Assembly (NCBI GenBank): GCA_950097015.1
Contig: CATNEN010000010.1
Coordinates: forward strand, 2,294,001 to 2,358,000
Source of the DNA: Macrostomum hystrix
Taxonomy: Eukaryota; Animalia; Platyhelminthes
Direction of reading: 5' to 3'
Length of the DNA stretch: 64,000 nt
A program made the position numbers and the translations under genes. The notes beneath the pieces were generated by a model. The model had not been told where the DNA came from, searched no databases, and worked only from the letters and a program-made list of their open reading frames with translations. Each line of letters starts with the position of its first letter. The first letter of the stretch is position 1. Of this stretch, positions 25,463 to 38,100 are shown one piece after another.

Positions 25463-28395
25463 TTTGAGACTTTCGAAAATTTCGCGGTATTGTCCTCTTG
25501 CCAGAGCTTAGAATGTGGCCCTGCAGCAAATATATATTTAAAAGCTAGACGTCAGCACTTCTGGTAACGCCCTGTGGTAGTCAAACATGAAGTTAATCAT
25601 GGAATTTTGTGTTTTAAAATCAATTGAAATTTTTGCTAATGGCTATTTCATGTGGCATTTTAGAAACAACCAAACAACACCTATTTTTTTGGCAAAGCTG
25701 GCCTTCGAAATTTTAGCCCCACCCGGATTTTATTGCCATGTCTTACATATTTTTGACATGTTGAATATGAAAAGCTGCTCGCAATGGCTGCATCAGACAA
25801 GGCCCACGAGCTTCACGTGATGTGATGCTTTACGCCTGCAGCTATCTTCTTGAGCAGGTCATGGCAGGAGGATGCCTTGGGCCTCCCGGCGCAGGAAGTC
25901 CTCCACGTCGTCACATCAACGGACCCATACGGGTACCCGCCCCGCGAGTGTTCAAGTCGCACAGAATAGGCGCTGGAATACCCATCCAGGGCCTCTGGCC
26001 AAGGCAATCAGTTGGTTGCCCGCTCTAAATTAGTTTAAGCTTTTCTTTTATATTTAGAGCTTAGTGAGGGACAAAAAGTGAAACAGGAAAATAACGACAT
26101 TTCCAATGGATAAGTCGATACGTGGCGTATCCACTGCCAACTCACCTGTCTGATCCACAGGTGCCACAGGCTCTGTTGTGAGGACAAGGTGCTATACCCT
26201 ACGACCTGCGCATGCGGCCAGCTCGCAGCATCCGATTCTGCGGTTCCGATCGCAATTAAGCGGTGGTAGTATATCAACTGTAGTATAGTGGTCATTGGTT
26301 CATGTAACACTTACGTACATACGCAGTAAAAGAGTGAAATGGCTTGACTTTTAATCTGGAATAAACTATGAGCTGCTCAAGAATATTAACTTTGCCAGAT
26401 TGCTTGTGTAAAAAGTGCTTTTGATTGTACTTTAAGTACGAAGTCATAGACTATGATTCATCGCCCTAGCAGTGGGTCCTGGTTCGGTACACGATTATGC
26501 ACGTACAGTATTAACATCTGTTCCTGCGATGGCACCATCAATGCTGGAAAGCCTTATATTCACACAGATGACAAGTCGAGCGCCGAGCATCGTGCATCGA
26601 GCGAGTGTTTTTACTTCTAAGTCTGTCAAGTACTAAAATTCAGCTATTCCGAATTAGGACGTCTTTCGTCATCATAGATGACGTTATTGAGACGACCATG
26701 TTTCGAGGAAATCCGAGTTAACATTTTAAATAATTTCGTGGTTTCAATTACCTGATATGTACAGCTATATAAATATATGTACAATGCGCTATATACTACA
26801 CTCGTACATTTTAAAGCAGCATGTCACGATTAGGCCACAATCAAGTTAAAGGAATTATAGTATATAATTTAGTAATATCACTGTCAATCTTCATATATTC
26901 GAAGACATTAAACGTCTGGGCTTTCGTTATTCAAATCCCGTAATTCTTTTTTGCTGCAATGGTTTCCTTCCTCCTTATGAACTAAATCTTTAGCGGTTGG
27001 TTACGGACTTATGGTTATGGATTGAATCTATCTACAAAAGCACTGATAATTACGTGAGGCTTATTTTATTTATAGAAAGCCAGAAACTTAAAAAAATGTG
27101 AATAGGCCTAGTTTACCTTTTATGCATTGAAATTGTAAAACTATTCTACCCACTGAGTCACATCAATCCACCACTAACAATTATTGATGGGTTAAATAGT
27201 TCGTGTCTCCTTCCTTTTTAGTAGCTAGAACAAAGTTAAATTAGACTAAAAATGTTACAATTTAGTTATAGGTTAGACAAAGGGAGCAACAGTAGGATTG
27301 TAAAAAGAGCATGAATTTTTCGAATTAAGTTAGTCTATTCAAATTGATTGTGTCACTAATGCATAAATTGAAGACAAACAAATCATGCAAAAACTAGCAA
27401 GGTGTTCACATTATTACCATATTGTGATATTAATTTGTCAAATAGAAATCAACATAAACATTTCCTTTCCCTTTCTAGCCCAGGGCAGTTCTAGTCTCAC
27501 AATCTGTTAAGTTTTCTATGTAGGCCTACTTTGCTAGCTTTTCTGTTACCTCTGAATTTCCTTTAGATTTTTAAAGTCTGTTGTCTTTTGCTGTAAGACT
27601 ACAAAAGTTCTTTACTATGGATGAAATGTCTCTAACAAAAAATTCCCTTACCACATTATGAAGACCCCAGTTGCGCAAGAAAAAAAAAGTATAGATGTAC
27701 TTCATTTTCTACCCCAACTTTGCAATTGGGGTAAATTCTGTTTTTATTTGAGAATTTTATAAAGGATACTTAGTATTCAAGTATTGAGTTGTTACAGTTT
27801 TTACTAGAAATCTGCATTTAAAATAAACAAACTTAATTTAAATATTCTACCATATTAAGATCCCTTTAGCAATAACTCAATATTGTCACATTTGTCATAC
27901 TTAGGATTAAGGGTGACAATGGCTATTCCAACAGTCATTTAAGTTTTAGAGTGCAAAAAGTCAAGCCTGAAGAGTTAGTTTGAGTGTCCTAAAAAGTTTC
28001 ATAAGACACTATTTGTTAGAGATCTTTTTCTTATCTTGACATGTTTATTCAACAATAAACTTTTGTCTCAACCTTGCTTGTATAAAAATGTAAATGACTT
28101 TCTTTTTACCTAAGTATTGCTACTTTTTACTCCAATTATTTCCACAAGAAATAGTGAAATATAATGGCTTATGACTGAGTAAAACTTGTCACAGCTATGG
28201 AATTTTTTCTATCTACTCAAGTTCATTTTAGGGAGAAAAAACTGAGTTGGAATTGTGCTGGCTGTGCCACTGGCTCTGCATCTGAACAGCAGATGCAGTC
28301 AGTTCAGTCGGTTAGTTGTTGTTAGTCAATATAGCTAGCCAAGCATCTCATTGCACCGGTGCACATTTGCCAATTCATTCCAGCCGCCTGGCAGT

Positions 28396-28629
28396 ATGGT
28401 CAAAGCCTCCTCCACAGCCTCCGCCGCTGTGGAGTCAGCCGGCGCCCGCCTGCGCGCCATGTCCGCCGCGCTGTTGCGCTGCGCGCCAGAGGCTCGCGCC
28501 TACGCCGCCTGTGTTGCGCAGCGCCAGGAAGAATCCGCTTCGCTGGCTGGTGGCGGCCGGCAAGGCGTCTGCTCCGCTGAGTTTGCGCTGTTCAAGGCCT
28601 GCCTGGCCGAGAAGGCCAAGAAGAGATAA
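28396..28629 (+). CDS. NDUFAF8: NDUFAF8 (C17orf89)-like twin CX9C complex I assembly factor, 77 aa
   Basis: RLRAMSAALLRCAPEARAYAACV...CSAEFALFKACLAEKAKK has two CX9C motifs and matches the NDUFAF8 pattern. AATAAA at ~28751. Confidence 0.85.
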   Translation: MVKASSTASAAVESAGARLRAMSAALLRCAPEARAYAACVAQRQEESASLAGGGRQGVCSAEFALFKACLAEKAKKR

Positions 28630-28944
28630 TTAAAGGAGTCTTTATGTACAGCTCTTTGTGGTGCCGCCTTTCTAGTAAAATTATTACCTGCTTTTTAAAC
28701 GATACTTAAAATATGAATTTTGTTTTGTGTCCATTAAGTTTCTTCTTTTGAATAAAGCAGAAAATACAACTTTAGGACGACCCTGTTTTAGTCCATGTGC
28801 TTATCCAGTTTTTAATAACTCAGTTAGATACTTTAACTTAATAAGATTCGAACTTTACATTCTTGACGACATAAGAAGCATCCAGCTCCTCGGAGGGGGC
28901 ATAAAGTAATAATGCTAAAGGCAAGGATTCCGATTAAAAAAAAC

Positions 28945-29322
28945 TGATCCCAGTCCTACAGACAGAGGTCCCAGTCCTACAGACAGAGTTCCCAGTCCTA
29001 CAGACAGAGGTCCCAGTCCTACAGACAGAGGTCCCAGTCCTACAGACAGAGGTCCCAGTCCTACAGACAGAGATCCCCGATCCTACAGACAGAGGTCCCA
29101 GTCCTACAGACAGAGATCCCAGTCCTACAGACAGAGATCCCCGATCCTACAGACAGAGATCCCCGATCCTACAGACAGAGGTCCCCGATCCTACAGACAG
29201 AGGTCCCAGTCCTACAGACAGAGGTCCCAGTCCTACAGACAGAGGTCCCAGTCCTTCATACAGAGGTCTTAGTCCTACAGACAGAGGTCCCAGTCCTTCA
29301 TACAGAGGTCTTAGTCCTACAT
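28945..29322. repeat. 21-bp minisatellite (CCCAGTCCTACAGACAGAGGT) between NDUFAF8 and TTC36
   Basis: About 18 tandem copies. Confidence 0.96.
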
Positions 29323-29421
29323 ACCATATGAGTCAAATCATCTGGTCCCCTTGCCCTTCGGCAGAGCTTGAAATTTTATATTTGCATCATTTGTTTAACT
29401 GATTACAGCAAATTAAAAACA

Positions 29422-30646
29422 ATGTCCTTGAGCAACAGCGATCAGCAGGTACTGAACCGGGTATTTAACCCCGAGATGCCGTACGAGGACTCGGCGGCCG
29501 CCTCTTCAACGCAGCCGCTTGTAGACACTGAGCTCGAGCTGCAAGACATGTCTGAGGATGAGCGGAGCAGGCTGGACGAGTCCAAGGTTAGTACACATTT
29601 GGGCTTCTTAAGGCACTGTTCTACATTGATCCTAATCCTCAAAGCAGGGATCCAAATCCATCCATAATCCGACATCAAATCTCTAGAGTTGAATCTATAT
29701 CATTAGAATAGCTTCCACAACAGAAAATTAGCGATAGCGCTATCGTTAAAACCTAGATACCAGTCCTAAAGTAGGGATCCCAATCTTGATGTAGAGATCC
29801 TAATCTTGATGTAGAGATCCTAATCTTGATGTAGAGATCTCAATCTTGATGTAGAGATCTCAATCTTGATGTAGAGATCCCAATCTCGATGTATAGACCC
29901 CAATCTTGATGTAGAGATCTCAATCTTGATGTAGAGATCCCAATCTTGATGTAGAGATCTCAATCTTGATTTAGAGATCCCAATCTTGATGTAGAGATCC
30001 CAATCTTGATGTAGAGATCCCAATCTTGATGTAGGGATCTCAATCTTGATGTGGAGATCCCAATCTTGATGTACAGATCCAAATCTTGATGTAGAGATCC
30101 CAATCTTGATATAGAGATCCCGATCCAAAAATTGGGATCTCAATTCTGAAGTGGAAATTTAGATCCTGCAGCAGATATCCATCTGGCCCGCAGGCTCTGG
30201 AACTGTCCGCAATTCGAGCCATCGAACGCGGGGACCTGGCACGCGGCCTTGACGGGCTGAACGCCTGCATCGCCCTGACGCCCCACCGGGCAGCCTGCTA
30301 CAACAATCGCGCCCAGGCCTTGCAGCTGCGCGGAGATCGCCGCGGCGCTCTGGACGATCTGGAAGCCGCTCTGCGCCTGTCTCGCGGCTCCGGTCGTGTC
30401 GCTTGCCAGGCGCTGACACAGCGAGGAGTTCTGCGACGCGCCGATGGGCACGACGAGGAGGCGCGCAGCGACTTCGAAGCAGCCGCAAAGCTTGGCGGAC
30501 CTTTCGCCAAGCAGATGCTAGTGGCAATGAACCCGTACGCAGCGCTGTGCAACCAGATGCTCAAGGAGGTCATCGGCCAGCTCAGCCGGCCCGCGGGGGA
30601 CTGCGAAGACGGAGGCGGCTCTGAGGCTGCCGGTTGTGCCAATTGA
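29422..30646 (+). CDS. TTC36: Tetratricopeptide repeat protein 36
   Basis: Exons 29422-29586 (DQQVLNRVFNPEMPY..LDESK) and 30194-30646 (ALEL..YNNRAQALQLRGD..ALDDL..A.LGGPFAKQMLVAMNPYAALCNQML), joined in phase 0. Confidence 0.93.
29775..30122. repeat. 20-bp minisatellite (CCCAATCTTGATGTAGAGAT) in the TTC36 intron
   Basis: About 17 tandem copies. Confidence 0.96.
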
Positions 30647-30661
30647 TTACTTCTTGGGGCC

Positions 30662-31370
30662 AGCCAGTTACAGCTGGGAGTGCCCAGTTACAGTTGGGAG
30701 TACCCAGTTACAGCTGGGAGTTCTCAGTTACAGCTGGGAGTTCCCAGTTACAGCTGGGAGTTCCCAGTTACAGCTAGGAGTGCCCAGTTACAGTTGGGAG
30801 TACCCAGTTACAGCTGGGAGTTCTCAGTTACAGCTGGGAGTGCCCAGTTACAGCTGGGAATGCCCAGTTACAGCTGGGAGTGCCCAGTTACAGTTGGGAG
30901 TGCCCATTTACAGTTGGGAGTACCCAGTTACAGCTGGGAGTGCCCAGTTACAGTTGGGAGTACCCAGTTACAGCTGGGAGTGCCCAGTTACAGCTGGGAG
31001 TGCCCAGTTACAGTTGGGAGTGCCCAGTTACAGTTGGGAGTGTTCAGTTACAGTTGGGAGTACCCAGTTACAGTTGAGAGTGCCCAGTTACAGCTGAGAG
31101 TGCCCAGTTACAGCTGGGTGGGCCCAGTTACAGCTGGGTGGGCCCAGTTACAGCTGGGTGGGCCCAGTTACAGCTGAGAGTTCCCAGTTACAGCTGGGTG
31201 GGCCCAGTTACAGCTAGGAGTGCCCAGTTACAGCTGGGTGGGCCCAGTTACAGCTAGGAGTGCCCAGTTACAGCTGGGTGGGCCCAGTTACAGCTGGGTG
31301 GGCCCAGTTACAGCTGGGTGGGCCCAGTTACAGCTGGGTGGGCCCAGTCACAGCTGGGTTGGCCCAACTG
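30662..31370. repeat. 20-bp palindromic-unit minisatellite (CCCAGTTACAGCTGGGAGTG) just after the TTC36 stop
   Basis: About 35 tandem copies; source of the repetitive ORFs at 30636-31529. Confidence 0.97.
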
Positions 31371-32123
31371 GCGGTGGATGTCCAGTTACAACTCGGATTC
31401 TTCTGTTGTTTTGTCCACAAGGAGATTTCTTGTTCGGCATTTTCAGATTTCTCATATGATATCTACGCCTGTGGTTTGAGCTGCAAATATTTTACAATTT
31501 TCTGTTCGAGCTGCTCAAGCTTCTTGTGAGTGTCCCACCTGCTTGACCTAGCCCCTGTGCTGTGCTGATGCTGAAAGGCACTCCAAACTAACTGGTATAT
31601 ATTTTATTGTCAATAATTATGCTTTGCATATGCTGATCCATTTTTGTGAGTTTTTCAACGCATTACCAATAGCTTTTTCCCAGTCAGGCTACTGAGTAAA
31701 AGTAGTCTGTTGCGGTTGGGTTTCTGGAACACGCCATCTATGCAGTGATGTTAATTATGAAATTCATAAGCAAACTCATTGCACTCTTTGCATGTCGATC
31801 GCGCAAAAAATTATTTTCGCAATTTTGAATCAAGTACAAGATTACTTTTATCCTGAACAGTTTTATCTGGTTTTTTTTATCACTCTAGTAAATTTCCTGC
31901 TATTAACAGTGAGTCAAGAGAGTTAGAGCTTCCAACTTGTTACCATGAGTTCGCTCCATACCCGAGGAGCCGTTCAATCCATCTTGCACAGAAATTCAAT
32001 TCAGTTTTTTCTTGCCTAAATGCTTGGCTTAGCATCTTTTGGGTTATTGTTTGCTACAGCCTACTTGCGAGTAGGCAGCCAAAGTAGTTTTTATTGTAAA
32101 AAACTTATGAAAACTTCAGCAAA

Positions 32124-35100
32124 ATGAGTCCGGCGATGCGCCGTCTGCTGCGCCGCTGGCTTCTTCAGTCTGCGGCATTCTCATCCATTCGGTGTCGTCT
32201 GCTTCATCATCATCACTATGGAAACCGGCGTCTGTGCCAGCCAACGCTGTCAAGGCAGCTGCTGCTGCAGCCGGCGCGCGGCCTGGCCGGCTCCTCGGCG
32301 CTGCGCCTGGTTGGCCGCCTGCTGCGGCTTCGCTACCTGCTGGCAGCCGGCACCGCCAGCGGCGGCATCGCGGTGGCCAACAAGTACGAGGAGATCAAAG
32401 CTGGCCTGCCGGATTTGGGCCGGCTTCGCGATCTGCTGCCATCTGAGGAGTCTATGGACGCTGTGGCGCATACCATGCGGAGGCTCAGCCGGTTCGCCCA
32501 GCTGCCCGAGACGGTCAGTCTGAGCTTGACTAGCCTGACCTATATTGAGCCTTTCTTACCTATCATTTTTTAGCCTTTACCGATTGCTAATACCAGCATG
32601 ACCCAGTGACTACCATGACCCCATGAATACCATGACCCCATGAATACCATGACCCCATGACTACCATGACTAACATGACCCAATGACCCAATGACTACCA
32701 TGACCCCATGACTACCATGACCCCATGACTACCATGACTAACATGACCCAATGACCCAATGACTACCATGACCCCATGACTACCATGACCCCATGACTAC
32801 CATGACCCCATGACTACCATGACCCCATGACTACCATGACCCCATGACTACCATGACCCAGTGACTACCATGACCCCATGAATACCATGACCCCATGAAT
32901 ACCATGACCCCATGACTACCATGACTAACATGACCCAATGACCCAATGACTACCATGACCCCATGACTACCATGACCCCATGACTACCATGACCCCATGA
33001 CTACCATGACTAACATGACCCAATGACCCAATGACTACCATGACCCCATGACTACCATGACCCCATGACTACCATGACCCCATGACTACCATGACCCCAT
33101 GACTACCATGACCCCATGACTACCATGACCCCATGACTACCATGACCCCATGACTACCATGACCCCATGACTACCATGACCCCATGACTACCATGACCCC
33201 ATGACCCATGACTACCATGACCCCATGACTACCATGACCCCATGACTACCATGGCTACCATTACCCAATGACTACCATGACCCCATGACTACCATGACCC
33301 CATGACTACCATGACCCCATGACTACCATGACCCCATGACTACCATGACCCAATGACTGCCATGACCTATGGCTACCATGACCCACTGATTATCATAAAC
33401 CAAAGAATAAAACATAATACAAAGCAACGCTAGAAATCGCTTTAGAGGCGCTGACCTACAGTGTTACGAGACTATTTTCGGAATGTCAGGTTCGCTGTGC
33501 ATTTCATCATTGTCATGCTAGCTCACTTCACCTTAATGGGATGCCCGGGCAGAAGTGGCACCATGTTGCAGTCGTCAGCAGGGATTTCAGCCATCGGATG
33601 GCCGCTGAAGTTGTAGCGGTCGGGGCGACACTAGTTGCAGCTAGAGCAACCGCTGGACTGTCGTCGAGTCGCTCGTTTAAAAAGCTACTGGTGGACCTAT
33701 CCTCATCGGTCACGGGAGCTGATGTAGCACCTGCAGCTGCTTTGATGGCTTCTGCCAGCCGTGCTTACGCCTCACTGTTAGAGCGAGCGTGAATGCTCTG
33801 AGCAAAATTTTATATTTCTGTACAAACTTGTACTTGCTTACTGGCAGCAGTTTACCATAAGCGCTGTGAAAGAATCACATCCAAAAGCGCCGGCTGGAGC
33901 TTGTCGACCTCGTTCTTTAAGTTTGCGACGCGCGCGTGCAGTTCTGCGGTTTCGGCACTAAGCCGTTGATAAGCCAACTCCGCTCTCAGGACCTTGGCTT
34001 GTCTTTTAATTTGCTGCTCAAGCGCCACGTGCTGCTCACTGCTTATACGTGGCAGTGCAAGGGGTGCAGAATGCAGGAAAATGCGGAAAATGCTTTCTCT
34101 AGCCTTGGTGCCCGCTTTGTAGCTGCTGGGACCCAGAAAAGAACCACCGCATAAATTGTGCTACTTGCCCAGTATACGTAAACTTGGTCCCAACGATGGT
34201 GACCATGAGGTGGTGGTGCTGCGACACTGATCCGGTTATTCATGGCCCCGAAATCCCCTGTGGCGACAAATCTGACCACCCACCAGACATCTACGCATCG
34301 TGTGCTTGTGAGGCGCCGCAGGTAGACATGCCCGACAGTGCGACAGGCCCTGAGTCTCCCTGAATCTCTTTGTGTAGTGTCGAAAGCGCGGCTTCGCCTT
34401 CAGTCAGAGGCACAGCATCAGAGACAGGCGGGCGACAGGGGCACGGTCGAAAGCACGAACAAAAGGTCGACAGCTTCACACGAAGCCAGAGGCAGGACTC
34501 TGGCTCTGGGTCTCCGACGACCTGCTTGCTGTTGGACTTTCTTATCATAGCGGAGCAATCGTAGCAGAGCAAGTTGGCCGTCAGAGGACATTTTGAGCAG
34601 CGCACGGTGGCCTGGTTGCTGCACAGATGACACTGTAGGGGCTCGACTGGCACTTTTGCCGTCCGTGACATTCTTATAAAAAACAAAGAAAGGAACAGTC
34701 AGTTCCATCGGCTCTAAACTGAGCCCAAGTAAACAAAACGCAACGCGCCTCAGCGTTGAAACGATCTATGTATTGGACCAATTTACATAGGGTGGCACAA
34801 TGAAAAGGTGGCACACCTGATACCTTCTTAGCAGGCCTTTGTGGCAACTTGCCCGAGTAATGAAGCCTGCGGTGACGACGAGTCATTTTTGTAGACGTGT
34901 TGAGCTGGAAGCGGGAATTTATTTCTTGTGTCTTCGTGCGTAAACTGCTTTCTCCAGTGGCATTTAAAAAACAAGAAATACAATTTTCATCGGGCCAATG
35001 ACTGCCATGACTAAGTGACTGATTCGAAACGTACTATGAGCAAATGGCTACAATGACCCAATCGCATTGGCCCTAATTGTTAGTCTTGACCTAGCAAGTT

Positions 35101-38100
35101 TTTGCCTATCGATCATTTTTGTCTCGACTTTCTCGTCTTTACTCGTCGAAATTTACCTAATCCGATCTCTTTGGGTCCGTTTGGAAACATATTTCACTTT
35201 AAGTTTTTGTGCCGAAATTCGAAGCATTACAGAGTTTACACTTTACTGCTGTATGCCACTTCAGGGCTGGCTGAGGAATTCACTTTCTGGCTTCAAATCC
35301 TGGATGGAGAGTTCAAGTGGTGAGTGATATAAAATAATACTTATATTTTTTGCGCCTAAAGAAAAAGCCCGCATCACACTGCTAACAAGTATGCGCTATT
35401 AGTATTATTATTAGGATAGAGGTTGTAGGCTAGTCGTTAGGGTTAGTGGTTAGACTTGAAGGTCGTGGGTTCGATTCCCGACTCCACTGGAACAATTTGT
35501 GTCCTTTAGCAAGACACTTAACTCTGCATTGCTTCAGTTCACCCAGTTGTTAGATGGGTACCAGCATCAGCTGGGATAATTGAAGGTGGGTGTGGCGTCC
35601 CCCCAGTCCATGGACTGAACAGCTGTACGCAGCCTTCAGATGCGCCGCGCATTTGCTGCGGCTGTGCTGTCGGCTGCACATCTGACCCAATTGGGGCAGG
35701 TGTAATCCATTTTTATTACTATTATTATTATTAATTATTAGGATAATTCAGAAGCGTTCGCCACCAACGGGCGCAGATTTTAATTGACATTTGAAAGCAA
35801 TTCTACTCGTAAAAATCAAATTCTGCCTCGTCTCGACCTCACAAGCTTTCAAGCCGACACTGGGCGCATCCGATGCGAACAGTACCGCTGAGCAGGCAGC
35901 GACTGAAGCCACCGATGCTGAGAATCGTGCCGTCCAGCATGAGCAGCTGCTGGAGCTGGAGTCCCGCTACCAGCGAGAGGCCGCTAATCTGGAAGCCGAA
36001 GCTCGAGACCTGCGGCGCCAGCTGGCCGAGCTTCGGCTTGGCCACGCTCCCGCCGGCGGCTCCAGGTCGGCCCGCAAGTCGCTCATTGAAATGTACAGCG
36101 AGGTGCTGGACGCCCTGTCTGAGCGGGACGCGAAGTTCTCCGCCGCAGATCATCTGCCACGGGTGGTGGTCATCGGCGACCAGAGCTCCGGCAAGACTTC
36201 AGTGCTGGAGTCCGTGGCCCGGGCCCGGCTGTTTCCGCGTGGTGCTGGCGAGATGATGACTCGGGCGCCAGTGCAGGTGACGCTGGCGGACGGGCCCTAC
36301 CACGTGGCCAGGTTCAAGGACAACCCAGACAGGTTGGCGCTTCTGAACCTTTTGCATGATCCGATGACCGCCATGACCCAATGACCGCCATGACTCAATG
36401 ACATGATAAAATAGCTGCCATAACCCAATGACTAGAATGACCCAATGACTAGAATGACCAAATTACTAGAATGACCTAATGACTAGAATGACCCAATGAA
36501 TACCATGACCCAATTACTAGAATAACTAGAATGACCCAATGAATACCATGACCCAATTACTAGAATGACTAGAATGACCCAATGACTAGAATGACTAGAA
36601 CGACCCAATGACCAGAATGATCCAATGACCAGAATGACCCAATGAGCAGAATGACCCAATGACTAGAATGACCCAATGACTAGAATGACCCAATGAAAAC
36701 CATGACCCAATTGCTAGAATGACTAGAATGACCCAATGACCAGAAAGACCCAATGATTAGAATGACCCAAGGGCGGTGAGTGGTAGAGCGGTTAACGCGT
36801 TTGCCTCTCGGACCAAGGTCCCTGAGCTCGATTTCGCGGCGAGGCCACATTTAGAGAGCAGCCTCAGAGAGAAGGCTTGGAGCTTCTGCAATTTACGTCC
36901 TTGTGGGCCAACCTCCAAGGCACATTAAAAGTGTACACAGGCTGACGATGAGAAAGTCAGGGCAGATGTACACAGAGTGAGTGTGTGCCTGCGTACAGTA
37001 TCTGTGCGCGTGTGTGCTCAGGAGTCAGCGAAATGGGCAGAATTGCCTCCTCATAATGTCACCCAATGATGTCCCATAGCCCGCAGCCCTCCTGCAATTA
37101 TTATTATTATTATCATGATCAATGACTATCATGACCCAATGACCCACTCGCCGCAGGGAGTTTGACCTGTCCAAGGAGTCCGAGCTGGCCGCTCTGCGTG
37201 ACGCCATCGAGCGTCGAATGCGCGCCGCCGTCAGGTCCAGCGGCGCAAACGCTGCCGTCTCCACGGAGACGATCTCGCTGTCGGTGCAGGGCCCCGGCCT
37301 GCCGCGCATGGTGCTGGTGGACCTGCCCGGCATCATCAGCACGGAGACTGCCGGCATGGCGGCCCAGACCCGCGAGTCCATCTTGCAGCTGGCCTCCCAG
37401 CACATGCGCAATCCCAACGCCATCATCCTGTGCGTGGCCGACGCCTGCGTGGATCCGGAGCGGTCCAACGCCTTCGACTTGGTTGCTAAGCACGACCCGG
37501 CTGGACGACGAACCATATTTGTGCTGACCAAGATGGACCTGGCAGAAAGGGACAAGGTTTAGCATTGTCATGAGGAGTATTAAAATATAGCAAACTAACC
37601 TGCGGTTGTTAATCATCCGCCTGTTCCATCCGCCCCTTCCATCCGCCTGTTCCATCCGCCCCTTCCATCCGCCTGTTCCATCAGCCTGTTCCATCAGCCT
37701 GTTCCATCCGCCTGTTCCATCCGCCCCTTCCATCCGCCTGTTCCATCCGCCCCTTCCATCCGCCTGTTCAATCCGCCCCTTCCATCCGCCTGTTCCATCC
37801 GCCCCTTCCATCCGCCGCATCCTTCCGCCATCTTCCATCCGCCCCCTTCCATCCGCCATCTTCCATCCGCCCCCTTCCTTCCGCCATCTTCCATTTGCCC
37901 CATTCCATCCGCCATCCTCCAATCTTTCCCATCTTCCATCGTCACCTCGTGCTGCAGGTGTCCCCAGATCGAGTCTCAAAGCTGCTGGCCGGCCGCCTGC
38001 TGCCACTGAAGGCCCTGGGCTACTTCGCCGTGGTGACGGGCTCCGGCAGCTCGGACGAGTCTGTGGAGGCTATTCAGCGCCACGAGGCGAAGTACTTCGC

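Noticed and set aside
25813-26310. Two GC-richer minus-strand segments with a GT-AG intron (25995-26145), reminiscent of kinase or hydrolase fragments
   Set aside because: Frames are interrupted and the motif order is inconsistent with any one family. It may be a pseudogene relic, but no call can be supported.
30636-31529. ORFs with PSYSWECPVT repeats
   Set aside because: Translations of the 20-bp array downstream of the TTC36 stop.
36930-37000. Hammerhead ribozyme in SINE-2 (CTGACGA-TGA-GAAA)
   Set aside because: Stem II is absent, the GAAA is not kept in other copies (GAAAGA, GACAAA), no stem III forms, and the would-be cleavage triplet is GUG. A plain hairpin explains it better.
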